In this document: positions 9,237-20,183 of the stretch, one piece after another
Numbering within the stretch: position 1 is the first letter of the stretch
Layout of the letters: each line of letters starts with the position of its first letter
Source of the DNA: Bacillota bacterium
GTDB lineage: Bacteria > Bacillota > Dethiobacteria > DTU022 > UBA8154
Length of the DNA stretch: 64,000 bases
Assembly (NCBI GenBank): GCA_030656575.1
Contig: JAUSPO010000030.1
Location: 63,298-127,297 of the forward strand
Reading direction: 5' to 3'
Made by a program: the position numbers and the translations under genes
The notes under the pieces: generated by a model
What the model was told of the DNA's origin: nothing
What the model saw: the letters and a program-made list of their open reading frames with translations, nothing else
The model's database searches: none

Positions 9237-9950
9237 ATGTTTAGAAGAAAACATTCTTTTATCATCTTTACCGTGGTTTTTCTTTTCCTGGTTTCCATGG
9301 TTCCTACCGCTGCAGCCTGTCAATATGGAAACTGGACCACGCAATTCAATGGTGTAAGAGTTCCTTTAAACTTTGTTTCAGGAACAGCAGATCAATCCGT
9401 TTACAGAGTTGAGGTTCCCCTTAAGGATGGACAGGCCGACAGGAAAATAGTTATTTATTACAGGATAAACTTGCGAACGGGAAATGTTACACTCATTCCA
9501 GCACCGACGCCGCCTGCACCCGTGCCGCCTGAGCCGACGCCGCCAGCACCCGGGCAATCAATATTGTCAGCAGATGAGCTGCAGATGTTTAATCTGGTAA
9601 ATGAAGAAAGAAAGCAAAGGGGACTAAATGAGTTAATAATTCATGAAAACCTTGTGAAAGTAGCCCGACTGAAGAGCAAGGATATGATTGACCGGGGTTA
9701 TTTTGCCCATCAATCTCCCACATATGGTTCACCCTTTGATATGATCAAAAATGCAGGAATTGCATTTACCTATGCCGGTGAAAACCTTGCCGGTGCATCT
9801 ACTGTTGCCCGTGCCCATACGTCCCTCATGAACAGTCCCGGACACCGCGCCAACATTTTAAATGTAAATTATACCCATGTGGGAATAGGTATAGTGAATG
9901 GCGGTCCCTACGGTAAGATGTTTACGCAAATGTTTATCAGGCCAAGATAA
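9237..9950 (+). CDS. secreted CAP/SCP (PR-1-like) domain protein, YkwD-like
   Basis: Signal peptide, a PAPTPPAPVPPEPTPPAPG linker, and CAP motifs (YFAHQSP, NSPGHRANILN, THVGIGIV). Confidence 0.7.
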   Translation: MFRRKHSFIIFTVVFLFLVSMVPTAAACQYGNWTTQFNGVRVPLNFVSGTADQSVYRVEVPLKDGQADRKIVIYYRINLRTGNVTLIPAPTPPAPVPPEPTPPAPGQSILSADELQMFNLVNEERKQRGLNELIIHENLVKVARLKSKDMIDRGYFAHQSPTYGSPFDMIKNAGIAFTYAGENLAGASTVARAHTSLMNSPGHRANILNVNYTHVGIGIVNGGPYGKMFTQMFIRPR

Positions 9951-9956
9951 CTTAAG

Positions 9957-10042
9957 CGGTGCCATGGGGACGGTTCGAGCGTCACCGTAGCGCAGCGAAG
10001 GACTTGGGGACATTCCTCTAAAAGAGGTGTGTCCCCTTACCA
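9957..10042 (+). repeat. left part of the palindromic repeat element (copy A), ending in hairpin GGGGACATTCCTC-taaaa-GAGGTGTGTCCCC then TTACCA; serves as the 5' exon of the intron
   Basis: Nearly identical (reverse complement) to 55689-55776. Confidence 0.7.
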
Positions 10043-11963
10043 GTGCGCCACGCATGGCGATTAACTTGGTGGTGAAAGTCCACTATGGGGGTCTGTAGTT
10101 ACCAACCATTAGCCAAGAGCAAGGGTGTCCATCGTGAGGTGGAATCTGAAGGAAGCTGGAGGCAAAATTCCGACCCAAGGAACACGAACATCATCAGGCA
10201 TAAGGTATGGGATGAGTTTGCTGGACAAAACGAAATCCAATAACTACACGGACATACCACTGTAAATGATGTGGGTACATGGAATGAAAGTGAATCGTCT
10301 TACCGTGGGAGGTCTCATGGACGTGAGGAGATGGAATTCGAATCACGGTTGAAACAAGATTTATCATGAGAAGTCAGCAGATACCATAGTACTCGATGAA
10401 GTCTACGTCGTCGAGGAAGGGTTGAACCTCAGGGGGTGAAAGTAAATGAATGTTACCGAGACAGAAGGAAAGTACAGCCAACCTCAGAGGGCTTCCGAAG
10501 GAAGCAGCAACGAGGGCTTACCGCAAAAGGATAGTGCGGAACACGAAAGATATGCGGGAGCGTACAATTCTGGGAGGATAACGGAAAACAACCTCACCGA
10601 TGCAAACAAGCCGAAGGAAAGATTACTTGAGGAAATATTGGACAATCAGAATATGAACAACGCATTCAAACGTGTCAAGTCCAATAAAGGAGCTCACGGA
10701 GTCGATGGGATGGGAGTAGATGAACTTCTACAATATCTCAAAGAAAACGGAGACCAACTCAGGCAATCAATTCTGGATGGGAAATACCATCCTAACCCCG
10801 TCAGAAGGGTAGAGATACCCAAAGAAAACGGGAAGAAAAGAAAATTGGGAATACCTACGGTAGTGGACCGAGTAATACAGCAGGCAATAGCCCAAGTGCT
10901 TACTCCCATCTTCGAGAAGCAGTTTTCAGACAACAGCTACGGGTTTCGACCCGGGCGGAGTGCTCACGATGCAATCAGGAAATGTCAGGACAACATAGAC
11001 GAAGGATACAAATATGTTGTTGACATGGACTTGGAAAAGTACTTCGACACAGTTAACCAAAGTAAGCTGGCAGAAGTATTATCCAGGACGATAAAAGATG
11101 GGCGCGTAATATCGCTCATCCATAAATATCTGAGAGCAGGAGTAATAGTCAAGCACAGTTTCGAAGAAACGGAAATCGGCGTACCACAGGGTGGACCACT
11201 CAGTCCAATTCTTAGCAACATCATGCTTAACGAACTGGACAAGGAACTCGAAAGAAGGGAACACAGGTTTGTCCGCTTCGCAGATGATATAGTCGTCTTC
11301 TGCAAAAGCAGTAGAAGTGCGAAACGCACACTTGAAAACATACTACCCTTCATCGAGAAGAAGCTATTCCTTAAAGTGAACAGAGAGAAAACGGTGGTTG
11401 ACTACGTAGGAAAAGTGAAATTTCTTGGGCTCTCGTTCTATCGATACAGAGGTAAAACGAGGGTCAGAATTCATCCCAAATCAATTGCAAAGATGAGAAA
11501 TAAAGTAAGAGAGCTTACTTCCAGAAGCAATGGAATGGGCAACACAGCCAGAGCTGAAAAGCTCAGACGCTATATTATGGGGTGGATTAACTACTTCAAG
11601 ATAGCGGACATGAAGAAGCTGATGACCATTACGGACGAATGGATGAGAAGGCGTATCCGCATGATTTACTGGAAGCAATGGAAACGAGTGAAGACAAGAG
11701 TTAAAATGCTAAGGTCACTCGGCATCCATGAACAGAAAGCATGGGAATATGCAAACACAAGAAAGGGCTACTGGAGAATCTCCAATAGCCCAATCATGTC
11801 CACATCCCTTGGAAACAATATCATCAAAGGATTTGGATACCTATTCTTTTCTGAGTACTATCGGCGAGTTACAGCGTAAACTGAGGAACCGCCGTGTACC
11901 GAACGGTACGCACGGTGGTGTGGGAGGTCGGCTACTCAAATAATGGGTAGCCTCCTACCCGAT
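10043..11963 (+). mobile_element. group II intron, 1921 nt, hairpin-targeting with an endonuclease-less RT (bacterial class C-like behaviour)
   Basis: 5' end is GTGCG and the 3' end is ...CCCGAT. A domain V-like hairpin (ccgtgtaccgaacggtacgcacgg) lies at about 11890-11915. The intron encodes the RT at 10446-11879. Removing 10043-11963 recreates the junction ccccttacca|tagatagtgggaag seen in the empty copy at 55.6 kb. Confidence 0.8.
10446..11879 (+). CDS. group II intron reverse transcriptase/maturase (no HNH endonuclease domain)
   Basis: RT blocks FRPGRSAHDA, VVDMDLEKYFDTV, GVPQGGPLSPILSNI and the YADD box FADDIVVF, followed by a maturase X domain. The C-terminus lacks Cys/His En motifs. 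Confidence 0.9.
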   Translation: MNVTETEGKYSQPQRASEGSSNEGLPQKDSAEHERYAGAYNSGRITENNLTDANKPKERLLEEILDNQNMNNAFKRVKSNKGAHGVDGMGVDELLQYLKENGDQLRQSILDGKYHPNPVRRVEIPKENGKKRKLGIPTVVDRVIQQAIAQVLTPIFEKQFSDNSYGFRPGRSAHDAIRKCQDNIDEGYKYVVDMDLEKYFDTVNQSKLAEVLSRTIKDGRVISLIHKYLRAGVIVKHSFEETEIGVPQGGPLSPILSNIMLNELDKELERREHRFVRFADDIVVFCKSSRSAKRTLENILPFIEKKLFLKVNREKTVVDYVGKVKFLGLSFYRYRGKTRVRIHPKSIAKMRNKVRELTSRSNGMGNTARAEKLRRYIMGWINYFKIADMKKLMTITDEWMRRRIRMIYWKQWKRVKTRVKMLRSLGIHEQKAWEYANTRKGYWRISNSPIMSTSLGNNIIKGFGYLFFSEYYRRVTA

Positions 11964-12012
11964 TAGATAGTGGGAAGACGATGGAATCGTCCCCATGGCT
12001 TAGCGATGGTGA
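11964..12012 (+). repeat. right part of repeat element copy A (3' exon side), carrying the terminal inverted repeat gaatcgtccccatggc
   Basis: tagatagtgggaagacgatggaatcgtccccatggcttagc equals the reverse complement of 55648-55688. Confidence 0.7.
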
Positions 12013-12042
12013 CGTAGGGGATGTCAGCTTTAGCTTAACAAG

Positions 12043-12588
12043 TTACTTTTCGCGGGGCATGCAGATAATTTCTTTTACAACCGTATCAAAGAACTGGTTG
12101 GAATGAGCAGGAATTATGACACAGGCAGTGTCGGCCCCTTTCCCGCTGCCGGCTACAGACACAATTTCTTCTCCGTAAGGGACAAGCCCGGCATCAAGGG
12201 CCATAGATGCTATTTCGACACAAACCTTTACCCCCTGCCCAAGCATGCGCAGGGATGCAGCGATAATTTCTGCAGGATAGAGCCCGCCAAATTTTAAACG
12301 GAGGGCTCTGTCCACTCCGGCCAGAAGATGGGTGGTGGTGAGGATCTGAACTCCTTTTTGCAGGAGTTCTTCTTTTATTTCAGGGTTCGTTTCGCTGACT
12401 CCAGGACCTGAAAAGCCAACATGATGAGTAACCCAGACCACCTGGACTTCCCTGTCTAAGAAAAGCTGAGCTGTTTTTCCGGTATTTGAGGCTGTAACTA
12501 TGTACTTAATATCTAGCTCTGCAGCTCTTTTTAAAGCTGCTTCCACAGTAGAATTTGTATTCTGAGGACCTCTCTTTTCCCATAGCAC
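12043..12588 (-). CDS. stand-alone pyruvate-kinase C-terminal (alpha/beta) domain-like protein
   Basis: 181 aa with resemblance to the PK C-terminal domain (IVTASNTGKTAQ ... VWVTHH); weak call. Confidence 0.35.
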   Translation of the reverse strand: MLWEKRGPQNTNSTVEAALKRAAELDIKYIVTASNTGKTAQLFLDREVQVVWVTHHVGFSGPGVSETNPEIKEELLQKGVQILTTTHLLAGVDRALRLKFGGLYPAEIIAASLRMLGQGVKVCVEIASMALDAGLVPYGEEIVSVAGSGKGADTACVIIPAHSNQFFDTVVKEIICMPREK

Positions 12589-12688
12589 AAGAAAACACTC
12601 CTTTCCAGCCTATTTTACTACAGATAAAATTATTTTCCAAGCTTCTTAACTCAGGGGTTTCCAGAACAGTCAAACAATATAAGTTGCG

Positions 12689-12718
12689 TTGACATAGTAC
12701 GCCTTGATCTGCTATGAT
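12689..12718 (+). promoter_or_regulatory. sigma-A-type promoter for guaB (TTGACA-N18-TATGAT)
   Basis: ttgacatagtacgccttgatctgctatgat, about 45 nt upstream of the guaB start. Confidence 0.4.
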
Positions 12719-12754
12719 CATTAAAAGTTTTGCTTAAATAAAAAATGGGGGTGA

Positions 12755-14215
<1,461 letters not shown>

Positions 14216-14437
14216 TATGCAAATGGGGTGGGAACAAAAGCGTTTGCGACCCGTAGGGTCATGGTGGTTAGCAGGTAAATGGTATGCTGCGAGCCGACAG
14301 ACCTGCGTCATCACAACAGTAAACAGCACCGCCTTCGAGGCGGTTCTTTTTTCAGCGGAGGCAATTATCCCTTCTGCGGCATAACATAAAGAAAACCTTA
14401 AGATGTAAGAAGTTCTTATGGGAGTTGGTGATAGGTT

Positions 14438-14656
14438 TTGGCTGGAAGGGATCAGAAAAACTGTTTATGCTGTGGTTCGGTAAAAGGCTCCGGGATCACC
14501 GTATTGTCTTCTTTTATTTGCCTTGATTGTGAACAGGAGATCATTAGTGCTTCATTTCATGACAGGAAATACGGGCGTTTTATTGAAATTCTCAAAGAAA
14601 TATGGAGTGGGTTAATAATAGAAGATATTCCTGAGACTGACGATGCAGCGAAGTAG
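14438..14656 (+). CDS. csfB: anti-sigma-G factor Gin (CsfB) family zinc-binding protein
   Basis: 72 aa with CxxCG...CxxCE (CLCCGSVKGSGITVLSSFICLDCEQ). It sits directly upstream of the yaaO-tmk-holB cluster, as in Bacillus. Confidence 0.55.
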   Translation: MAGRDQKNCLCCGSVKGSGITVLSSFICLDCEQEIISASFHDRKYGRFIEILKEIWSGLIIEDIPETDDAAK

Positions 14657-14673
14657 CGATACGTAATGCGGAG

Positions 14674-16158
14674 GTGTTTAAGATACGCAGAAATCTTACC
14701 CAGAGGAAGACGCCACTGTATTCTGCAGTAAGAAATTACCTCAAAAAGGATCAATTGTCCTTTCATGTTCCCCTGCATGGCAGGGGTGACGGCGCCCCTG
14801 TTCTTATGCGTAGAGGTTTTCAGCCGCTCATGCAGTGGGATTTGACTGAGCTGGCTCCTCTTGACGATCTGCATCTTTCCCATCATGCCATCAAGGATGC
14901 CCAGCAGCTTGCTGCGAGGCTTTTTAATGCTGAAGAAACCTTTTTTCTGGTTAACGGTGTGACTGGTGGAATTCTTGCTCTGTTTTTGGCTTTTTGCAGC
15001 CCTGGGGATAAGGTTTTACTCACACGCATATCACATAAATCTGCTTTACATGGAATAGCTTTATCCGGGGCACTTCCTGTTTACCTTCCCGTGGAAAAAG
15101 ATCCGCCCACCGGGTTACCCCTGAATGTATCCGCAAAGATGGTAGAAGAAGCTCTCCAGGAACATCCGGATACGAAACTAATACTTATTACATCACCTTC
15201 TTATTGGGGAATTACTGCTGATCTGCATGCTATCAGGAAAATCGCCATCCGGTATGACGCAATGCTTGCCGTAGACGAAGCGCACGGCACGCATTTTCCA
15301 TTTTACAGGGAAAGCCTGCCACATAGTTCCGCTGCAGGCGTGGATATATGGTTGCAAAGTGCACATAAATCTCTCGGCGCCCTTACACCGGGAGCATTCT
15401 TACATCTGGGCCATAAAAGATTTGCTCCCCCGGTAAAATTTTGGCTGCAGGCTTTGCAGACAAGCAGTCCATCATATCCTGTCATGATTTCCCTCGACCT
15501 GATCAGGATGCAGGCCGCGCTGATGGGGAAAAAGCTTTTTTCTAAATCTTGGAACTGGTCTCTGCGTTTGCGCAGTGGTTTGGAGAAAAAGGGATTTAGA
15601 CTGCTCTCTCCGGAAATATCAGACAGCAGAGATTTTAAATTGGATCCCTGCCGTATTACTTTTTTTTGTCCCCGGGGAGAAGGACGCCTCCTGGCGCGAA
15701 AGTTGGCGAAGCATCGTATCGAGGTGGAAATGTGTGACGACAGTTATCTGCTGGCCGTTGTGGGTCCTTCACAGCTTGCTCTGTCATCAGATTTTGTTGT
15801 CAGGGCTATTACGAATGCAAGGAGCGAAATAACGAGTTTATCTGCGCCGGTTTTTTCAGAGTATTCTTCATTTTTTTTTCTTAGACGAACTGCCGCCTTC
15901 GTAATGTCACCCCAAAAAGCCCTTCGATCTCCATGCATCTCTGTGGCCCTGGAAGAGTCTGTGGGGAAAACAAGTGCAGAAATGGTTGTGCTGTCACCTC
16001 CCGGTATTCCCATTTTGTCCCCCGGAGAAGAGATTACTGAGGAAGCAGTTTCCTATCTTCTACTTAAAAGGACTCAAAAAATGCTTTTTCAGGGTGCTTC
16101 TAATCCTACCCTTCTAACAATTAAAGTTGTTGCAGGAGATATTAATATGGTAGAATAA
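14674..16158 (+). CDS. Orn/Lys/Arg decarboxylase family PLP enzyme (YaaO-like)
   Basis: N-terminus TPLYSAVRNYLKKDQLSFHVPLHGRG and SAHKSLGALT (PLP lysine), in conserved synteny before tmk. GTG start. Confidence 0.8.
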   Translation: MFKIRRNLTQRKTPLYSAVRNYLKKDQLSFHVPLHGRGDGAPVLMRRGFQPLMQWDLTELAPLDDLHLSHHAIKDAQQLAARLFNAEETFFLVNGVTGGILALFLAFCSPGDKVLLTRISHKSALHGIALSGALPVYLPVEKDPPTGLPLNVSAKMVEEALQEHPDTKLILITSPSYWGITADLHAIRKIAIRYDAMLAVDEAHGTHFPFYRESLPHSSAAGVDIWLQSAHKSLGALTPGAFLHLGHKRFAPPVKFWLQALQTSSPSYPVMISLDLIRMQAALMGKKLFSKSWNWSLRLRSGLEKKGFRLLSPEISDSRDFKLDPCRITFFCPRGEGRLLARKLAKHRIEVEMCDDSYLLAVVGPSQLALSSDFVVRAITNARSEITSLSAPVFSEYSSFFFLRRTAAFVMSPQKALRSPCISVALEESVGKTSAEMVVLSPPGIPILSPGEEITEEAVSYLLLKRTQKMLFQGASNPTLLTIKVVAGDINMVE

Positions 16159-16205
16159 ATAAGATGAAATGAAGCCTTCATAGTCAGCGGGTTGGATGGT
16201 GAGTT

Positions 16206-16883
16206 ATGGCAGAGAAAAACGCAAATAACAAAAAAGGTTTATTTATAAGTATAGAAGGCCCGGATGGTGCCGGGAAAACTACTCAGGCGAGGTTGTTAAA
16301 ATCGCGCCTTGAAAATTTTGGATTGGAAGTGATTTTGACCAGAGAACCTGGGGGAACCCCTATTGGAGAAGAGGTCAGGAATCTGCTTTTAAATCCGGAC
16401 TTTTTTGAAATGACAGTTCCATGTGAGGTATTATTGTATACTGCTGCCAGAGCTCAGCTTGTAAGCGAATTTATCCGGCCTTCATTGCAAAAAGGAATAA
16501 TTGTTATAAGTGACCGTTATATGGATTCTAACCTGGTTTACCAGGGTCTCGCCGGCGGTGAGAACCCGGATGTAATTAAAACGATTAACATGTGGGCTAC
16601 AGACAGCCTCATTCCGGATATTACTTTTTTACTGGATTTGGAAGCCGAAACGGGGCTGGAACGTTTGCAAAAAAATGAGAATGGGGCAAAATGGCAGGGT
16701 GACAGAATAGAGCAGCGGAATCTGGAATTTCATCAAAAGGTACGACAGGGTTTTTTGCAGTTAGCATCCGGGGAAGCCGCTCGTTTTATGGTTATCAATG
16801 CCGGGGACGGACCCCATATTGTTCATAAAAAGATTTGGGAGAAGACGCAGTTACTCCTGCAAAACGAAAATCTCTTATCTTAA
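16206..16883 (+). CDS. tmk: thymidylate kinase
   Basis: FISIEGPDGAGKTTQ P-loop and DRY motif. Confidence 0.9.
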   Translation: MAEKNANNKKGLFISIEGPDGAGKTTQARLLKSRLENFGLEVILTREPGGTPIGEEVRNLLLNPDFFEMTVPCEVLLYTAARAQLVSEFIRPSLQKGIIVISDRYMDSNLVYQGLAGGENPDVIKTINMWATDSLIPDITFLLDLEAETGLERLQKNENGAKWQGDRIEQRNLEFHQKVRQGFLQLASGEAARFMVINAGDGPHIVHKKIWEKTQLLLQNENLLS

Positions 16884-16915
16884 GATTCCTATCTCATAAG
16901 AGGTGAGCATGCAAA

Positions 16916-17929
16916 TTGGGTTTTGAGGAAATAGTCGGCCAGGATTTAGCCATAAAGGCCTTACGCCGTTCTCTCCTAAGGGGGGAGATAGCTAATGCGT
17001 ATTTATTTTCAGGAGCTCCCGGAAGCGGCAAAAAAAGCATTACAAATCTTTTTGCCCAGGCCCTGAATTGTGGCAGCGAGGATCCTCCTTGCAGGAATTG
17101 TCTTGTTTGTCGAAAAACCATAAGTCACAATCACCCTGATGTTTACCACATTAAACCGCAGGGCACATCCATTAAAATCGGGCAGCTGCGCGAAGTTAAA
17201 GAGAGCCTTTATTATCTTCCTGAAGAAAGTGGCAAAAAAATTTGTATTATTCACGATGCGGATCTTTTAACACTACCTGCATCTAACAGTATTTTGCAGA
17301 TTCTGGAAGAGCCGCCCGGGGATCTGGTTTTTATGCTGCTAAGTTCCAGGCCCTGGGCTTTACTGCCAACCATTATTTCCAGATGCGTTCATTTTGCGCT
17401 TCTGCCGCTGCCGCCGGAAAAGATGAGCTTTTTATTGAAGAGTCATGGATTTCCAACCACTGAGGATAGTGAAATTGTAATTGCCCTGGCTGGCGGTAAT
17501 CCGGGTAAAGCTCTTCATATGTCTTCCGGCAGCGGGTGGGAAAAGAGCTATGAAGAAGCATTTTCATTGGTGAAAGATATTGAGGGAGGACCTGTTGAAA
17601 ATATTTTTGTCAAAGCTGAAGAATTATCCAAGAGAGATGATTTAAGAGAGCTTCTGGAGATTCTTCTGATTATTTATCGCGACAGGCTTATTTATAAGAT
17701 GAATGGTTGCCTTGATAATGTTCTCATAAAGAAGTTCCTTCAGTTAAATAATAGTAGAAAAGAACACAAATCCTGCAGCGAAGGCAAAAACTTCAATTTG
17801 CAGGAAAATACCTTTTTCCTGGAAAAAATTTGTCGTAACATATTACAGCTTGAGGGAGAACTATTTAATAACATTAATAAACGTTTAGCTATAGAAGTAT
17901 TGTTTTTGAAGATGAGAGGAGCTGTTTGA
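16916..17929 (+). CDS. holB: DNA polymerase III delta-prime subunit
   Basis: HAYLFSGAPGSGKKS, a CxxC zinc module, and position after tmk. Confidence 0.85.
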   Translation: MGFEEIVGQDLAIKALRRSLLRGEIANAYLFSGAPGSGKKSITNLFAQALNCGSEDPPCRNCLVCRKTISHNHPDVYHIKPQGTSIKIGQLREVKESLYYLPEESGKKICIIHDADLLTLPASNSILQILEEPPGDLVFMLLSSRPWALLPTIISRCVHFALLPLPPEKMSFLLKSHGFPTTEDSEIVIALAGGNPGKALHMSSGSGWEKSYEEAFSLVKDIEGGPVENIFVKAEELSKRDDLRELLEILLIIYRDRLIYKMNGCLDNVLIKKFLQLNNSRKEHKSCSEGKNFNLQENTFFLEKICRNILQLEGELFNNINKRLAIEVLFLKMRGAV

Positions 17930-18750
17930 AGATGCCAAAGGTTGTTGGAGTGCGCTTTCGTCGTGCGGGCAAAATTTATTATTTTGATCCTGGTGAGTTG
18001 GAATTGAAACAGGGTCAGGATTTAATTGTGGAAACCAGCCGAGGGCTGGAGTTTGGAGAGGTAGCACAGGAAAACAAAGAAGTCAGTGCGGATGAAATAG
18101 TGCCCCCTCTAAGGCTTGTCCGCAGGGTTGCTGCGGATGTGGATTATAAACAGCTTGATGAAAACAGGCTAAAGGAAAAAGAAGCCCTGCGCGTATGTCA
18201 TGATAAAATAGAAAAGCATAAGTTAGACATGAAACTGGTTGATGTGGAATTTACTTTTGATCATAATAAGATAATATTCTATTTTACATCGGACGGGCGG
18301 GTGGATTTTCGGGAATTGGTTAAGGATCTGGCGGCTGTTTTTCGGACACGTATCGAACTCAGACAAATTGGGGTTAGAGATGAGGCTAAAATGTTAGGAG
18401 GGCTTGGCCCATGCGGGAGAGGTCTGTGCTGCTCTACATTCCTTGGGGATTTTGGCCCTGTTTCCATTCGCATGGCCAAGGACCAGAATCTATCCTTGAA
18501 TCCCACGAAAATATCAGGGATTTGCGGCCGGCTTATGTGCTGCCTCCGCTATGAGGCTGAGCATTACGAGTGTGCCCGGGCAGGTTTCCCATCTATGGGA
18601 GAAGTTGTTACTACCCCACATGGTGAGGGTAAAATTATCAGCCAGAATATCATGAAAAAAACAGTTTATGTTGAGCTGTTGAATGAATCCAAGCATGAGG
18701 AATTTCCTGTGGATGAAATTGTTAGGACGCCTCCCTGTAAAGGCAGGTAA
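17926..18750 (+). CDS. ricT: PSP1-domain protein RicT/YaaT (stage 0 sporulation protein)
   Basis: VVGVRFRRAGKIYYFDPG, Cys-rich C-terminus (GPCGRGLCCSTF...CGRLMCCLRYE), and synteny after holB. Confidence 0.8.
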   Translation: MKMPKVVGVRFRRAGKIYYFDPGELELKQGQDLIVETSRGLEFGEVAQENKEVSADEIVPPLRLVRRVAADVDYKQLDENRLKEKEALRVCHDKIEKHKLDMKLVDVEFTFDHNKIIFYFTSDGRVDFRELVKDLAAVFRTRIELRQIGVRDEAKMLGGLGPCGRGLCCSTFLGDFGPVSIRMAKDQNLSLNPTKISGICGRLMCCLRYEAEHYECARAGFPSMGEVVTTPHGEGKIISQNIMKKTVYVELLNESKHEEFPVDEIVRTPPCKGR

Positions 18751-18752
18751 TT

Positions 18753-19622
18753 ATGGAGAAAAAAGACACTGAGCGTTATTTCGGGGAAGGAACTCTCTAC
18801 ATCTGTGGAACACCAATAGGTAATCTGAAGGATATTACACTCAGATCCCTTGAATATTTAAAAAAGGCCGATTTTATTGCTGTAGAGAGTATTAATCATT
18901 CCAGGAAGCTTTTAAGCCATTATGGAATAAGGGCTCCTCTTATCTCTTTCAGGGAGTCCAATAGGGAAAAGAGGAGTAAGGAGATTCTTCACAAGCTCAG
19001 ACAGGGTGCCAGTGTAGCTTTTATTACCGATGCCGGCATGCCCACTATCTCTGATCCCGGCACCTATCTTGTGAACATGGCTATCCAGGAGCAGGTTTCT
19101 TTTACTGTTCTGCCTGGCCCTTCTGCTGTCCTCACTGCTTTAATAAAATCGGGATATTCCGGAAACAAGTTTGTTTTTTGGGGTTTTTTAAGTCGTAAGG
19201 CAGGTAATCTAAAAAAAGAAATTCAATCCATCGCTGAAGAAGAAAAAACAGGGGTTATTTATGAGGCCCCTCACCGATTGGTTAAGACCCTTAAAGAGAT
19301 GGGAAAAGCCCTAAAAGGAAGAGAAGTAGCTGTATGTCGTGAACTGACAAAGAAATTTGAGGAAGTACGCCGGGGAACTGCCGATGATCTGTTCCTTCAT
19401 TATTCTGAGCATCCTCCCAGAGGTGAGATTACAATTGTAATTTCATCGGTTGATAAAACGAGAAATGAACCGGAAGCCCTGAAAGAAGAATGTATAACTA
19501 AGCTTATGGTCGCTATACAGAAAGGAATTACTCCTAGAGAGGCAGTTAAGCAGGTCGCTGAGAGTTTATCCCTCCGCAGGAACGAAGTGTATAAAATTTA
19601 TTTAGAACTTCAAAAAAATTAA
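18753..19622 (+). CDS. rsmI: 16S rRNA (cytidine1402-2'-O)-methyltransferase
   Basis: Tetrapyrrole-methylase fold N-terminus LYICGTPIGNLKDITLR..IAVE; synteny (yabC). Confidence 0.85.
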   Translation: MEKKDTERYFGEGTLYICGTPIGNLKDITLRSLEYLKKADFIAVESINHSRKLLSHYGIRAPLISFRESNREKRSKEILHKLRQGASVAFITDAGMPTISDPGTYLVNMAIQEQVSFTVLPGPSAVLTALIKSGYSGNKFVFWGFLSRKAGNLKKEIQSIAEEEKTGVIYEAPHRLVKTLKEMGKALKGREVAVCRELTKKFEEVRRGTADDLFLHYSEHPPRGEITIVISSVDKTRNEPEALKEECITKLMVAIQKGITPREAVKQVAESLSLRRNEVYKIYLELQKN

Positions 19623-19638
19623 GTACAAAAATTAAAAA

Positions 19639-19669
19639 ATGCAAGGGAGCCGTTCCCTTGCATTTTTTA
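19639..19669. terminator. bidirectional rho-independent terminator between the convergent rsmI and abrB genes
   Basis: aaaaaa-tgcaaggga-gccgt-tcccttgca-tttttt. Confidence 0.6.
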
Positions 19670-19707
19670 ATAATGATAATAGTGAAAAAAATAACTTAGT
19701 ATTATTG

Positions 19708-19974
19708 CTACATTTTATCGACACATTCCTGGCAAACGATACGACCGCTAAACTGTTTAACGTTATCTGCATTACCACAAAAGATGCATGCAGGTTCATA
19801 CTTCTTAAGAATTATCTTTTCCCCGTCAACGTAAATTTCCAAAGCATCTTTAATGTTGATACCCAGGGTCCGCCGTAATTCTATAGGAATAACAACCCTT
19901 CCTAATTCATCCACTTTTCTAACTATTCCTGTCGACTTCAAACCCTCGCCCCCCTTTTTTACAGTTTTCGACAT
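19708..19974 (-). CDS. abrB: AbrB-family transition-state regulator with a Cys-rich C-terminus
   Basis: KSTGIVRKVDELGRVVIPIELRRTLGI is the swapped-hairpin N-domain. The C-terminus carries CIFCG...CQEC. Confidence 0.8.
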   Translation of the reverse strand: MSKTVKKGGEGLKSTGIVRKVDELGRVVIPIELRRTLGINIKDALEIYVDGEKIILKKYEPACIFCGNADNVKQFSGRIVCQECVDKM

Positions 19975-20183
19975 TTATTGTCAGCCGCATTATACTAGTA
20001 ATTCCCATGAAAAGCAATACCTTTCTTGCACAAAAAAGTAAATTTTGTCAAAATAAAACTAGTAAATAAGTCTAAAAAGTAAAATATGTAATTGTATGTC
20101 AGGAAGTGGATGATCTTACGTTTGCTACGCCACTGGGACGGTCCCATGGCTACGCAAATTGCAAAATTTCGCTGAAGTGATAT

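Noticed and set aside
19950-19975. Spo0A box TGTCGAA at the abrB 5' end
   Set aside because: The match is simply the ATG-TCG-AAA (Met-Ser-Lys) start of the abrB coding sequence.
20125-20150. cactgggacggtcccatggc, possibly a solo TIR of the palindromic element
   Set aside because: It is only a 12-14-nt partial match to CCATGGGGACGGTTC with no accompanying internal hairpin. That is too weak to call.
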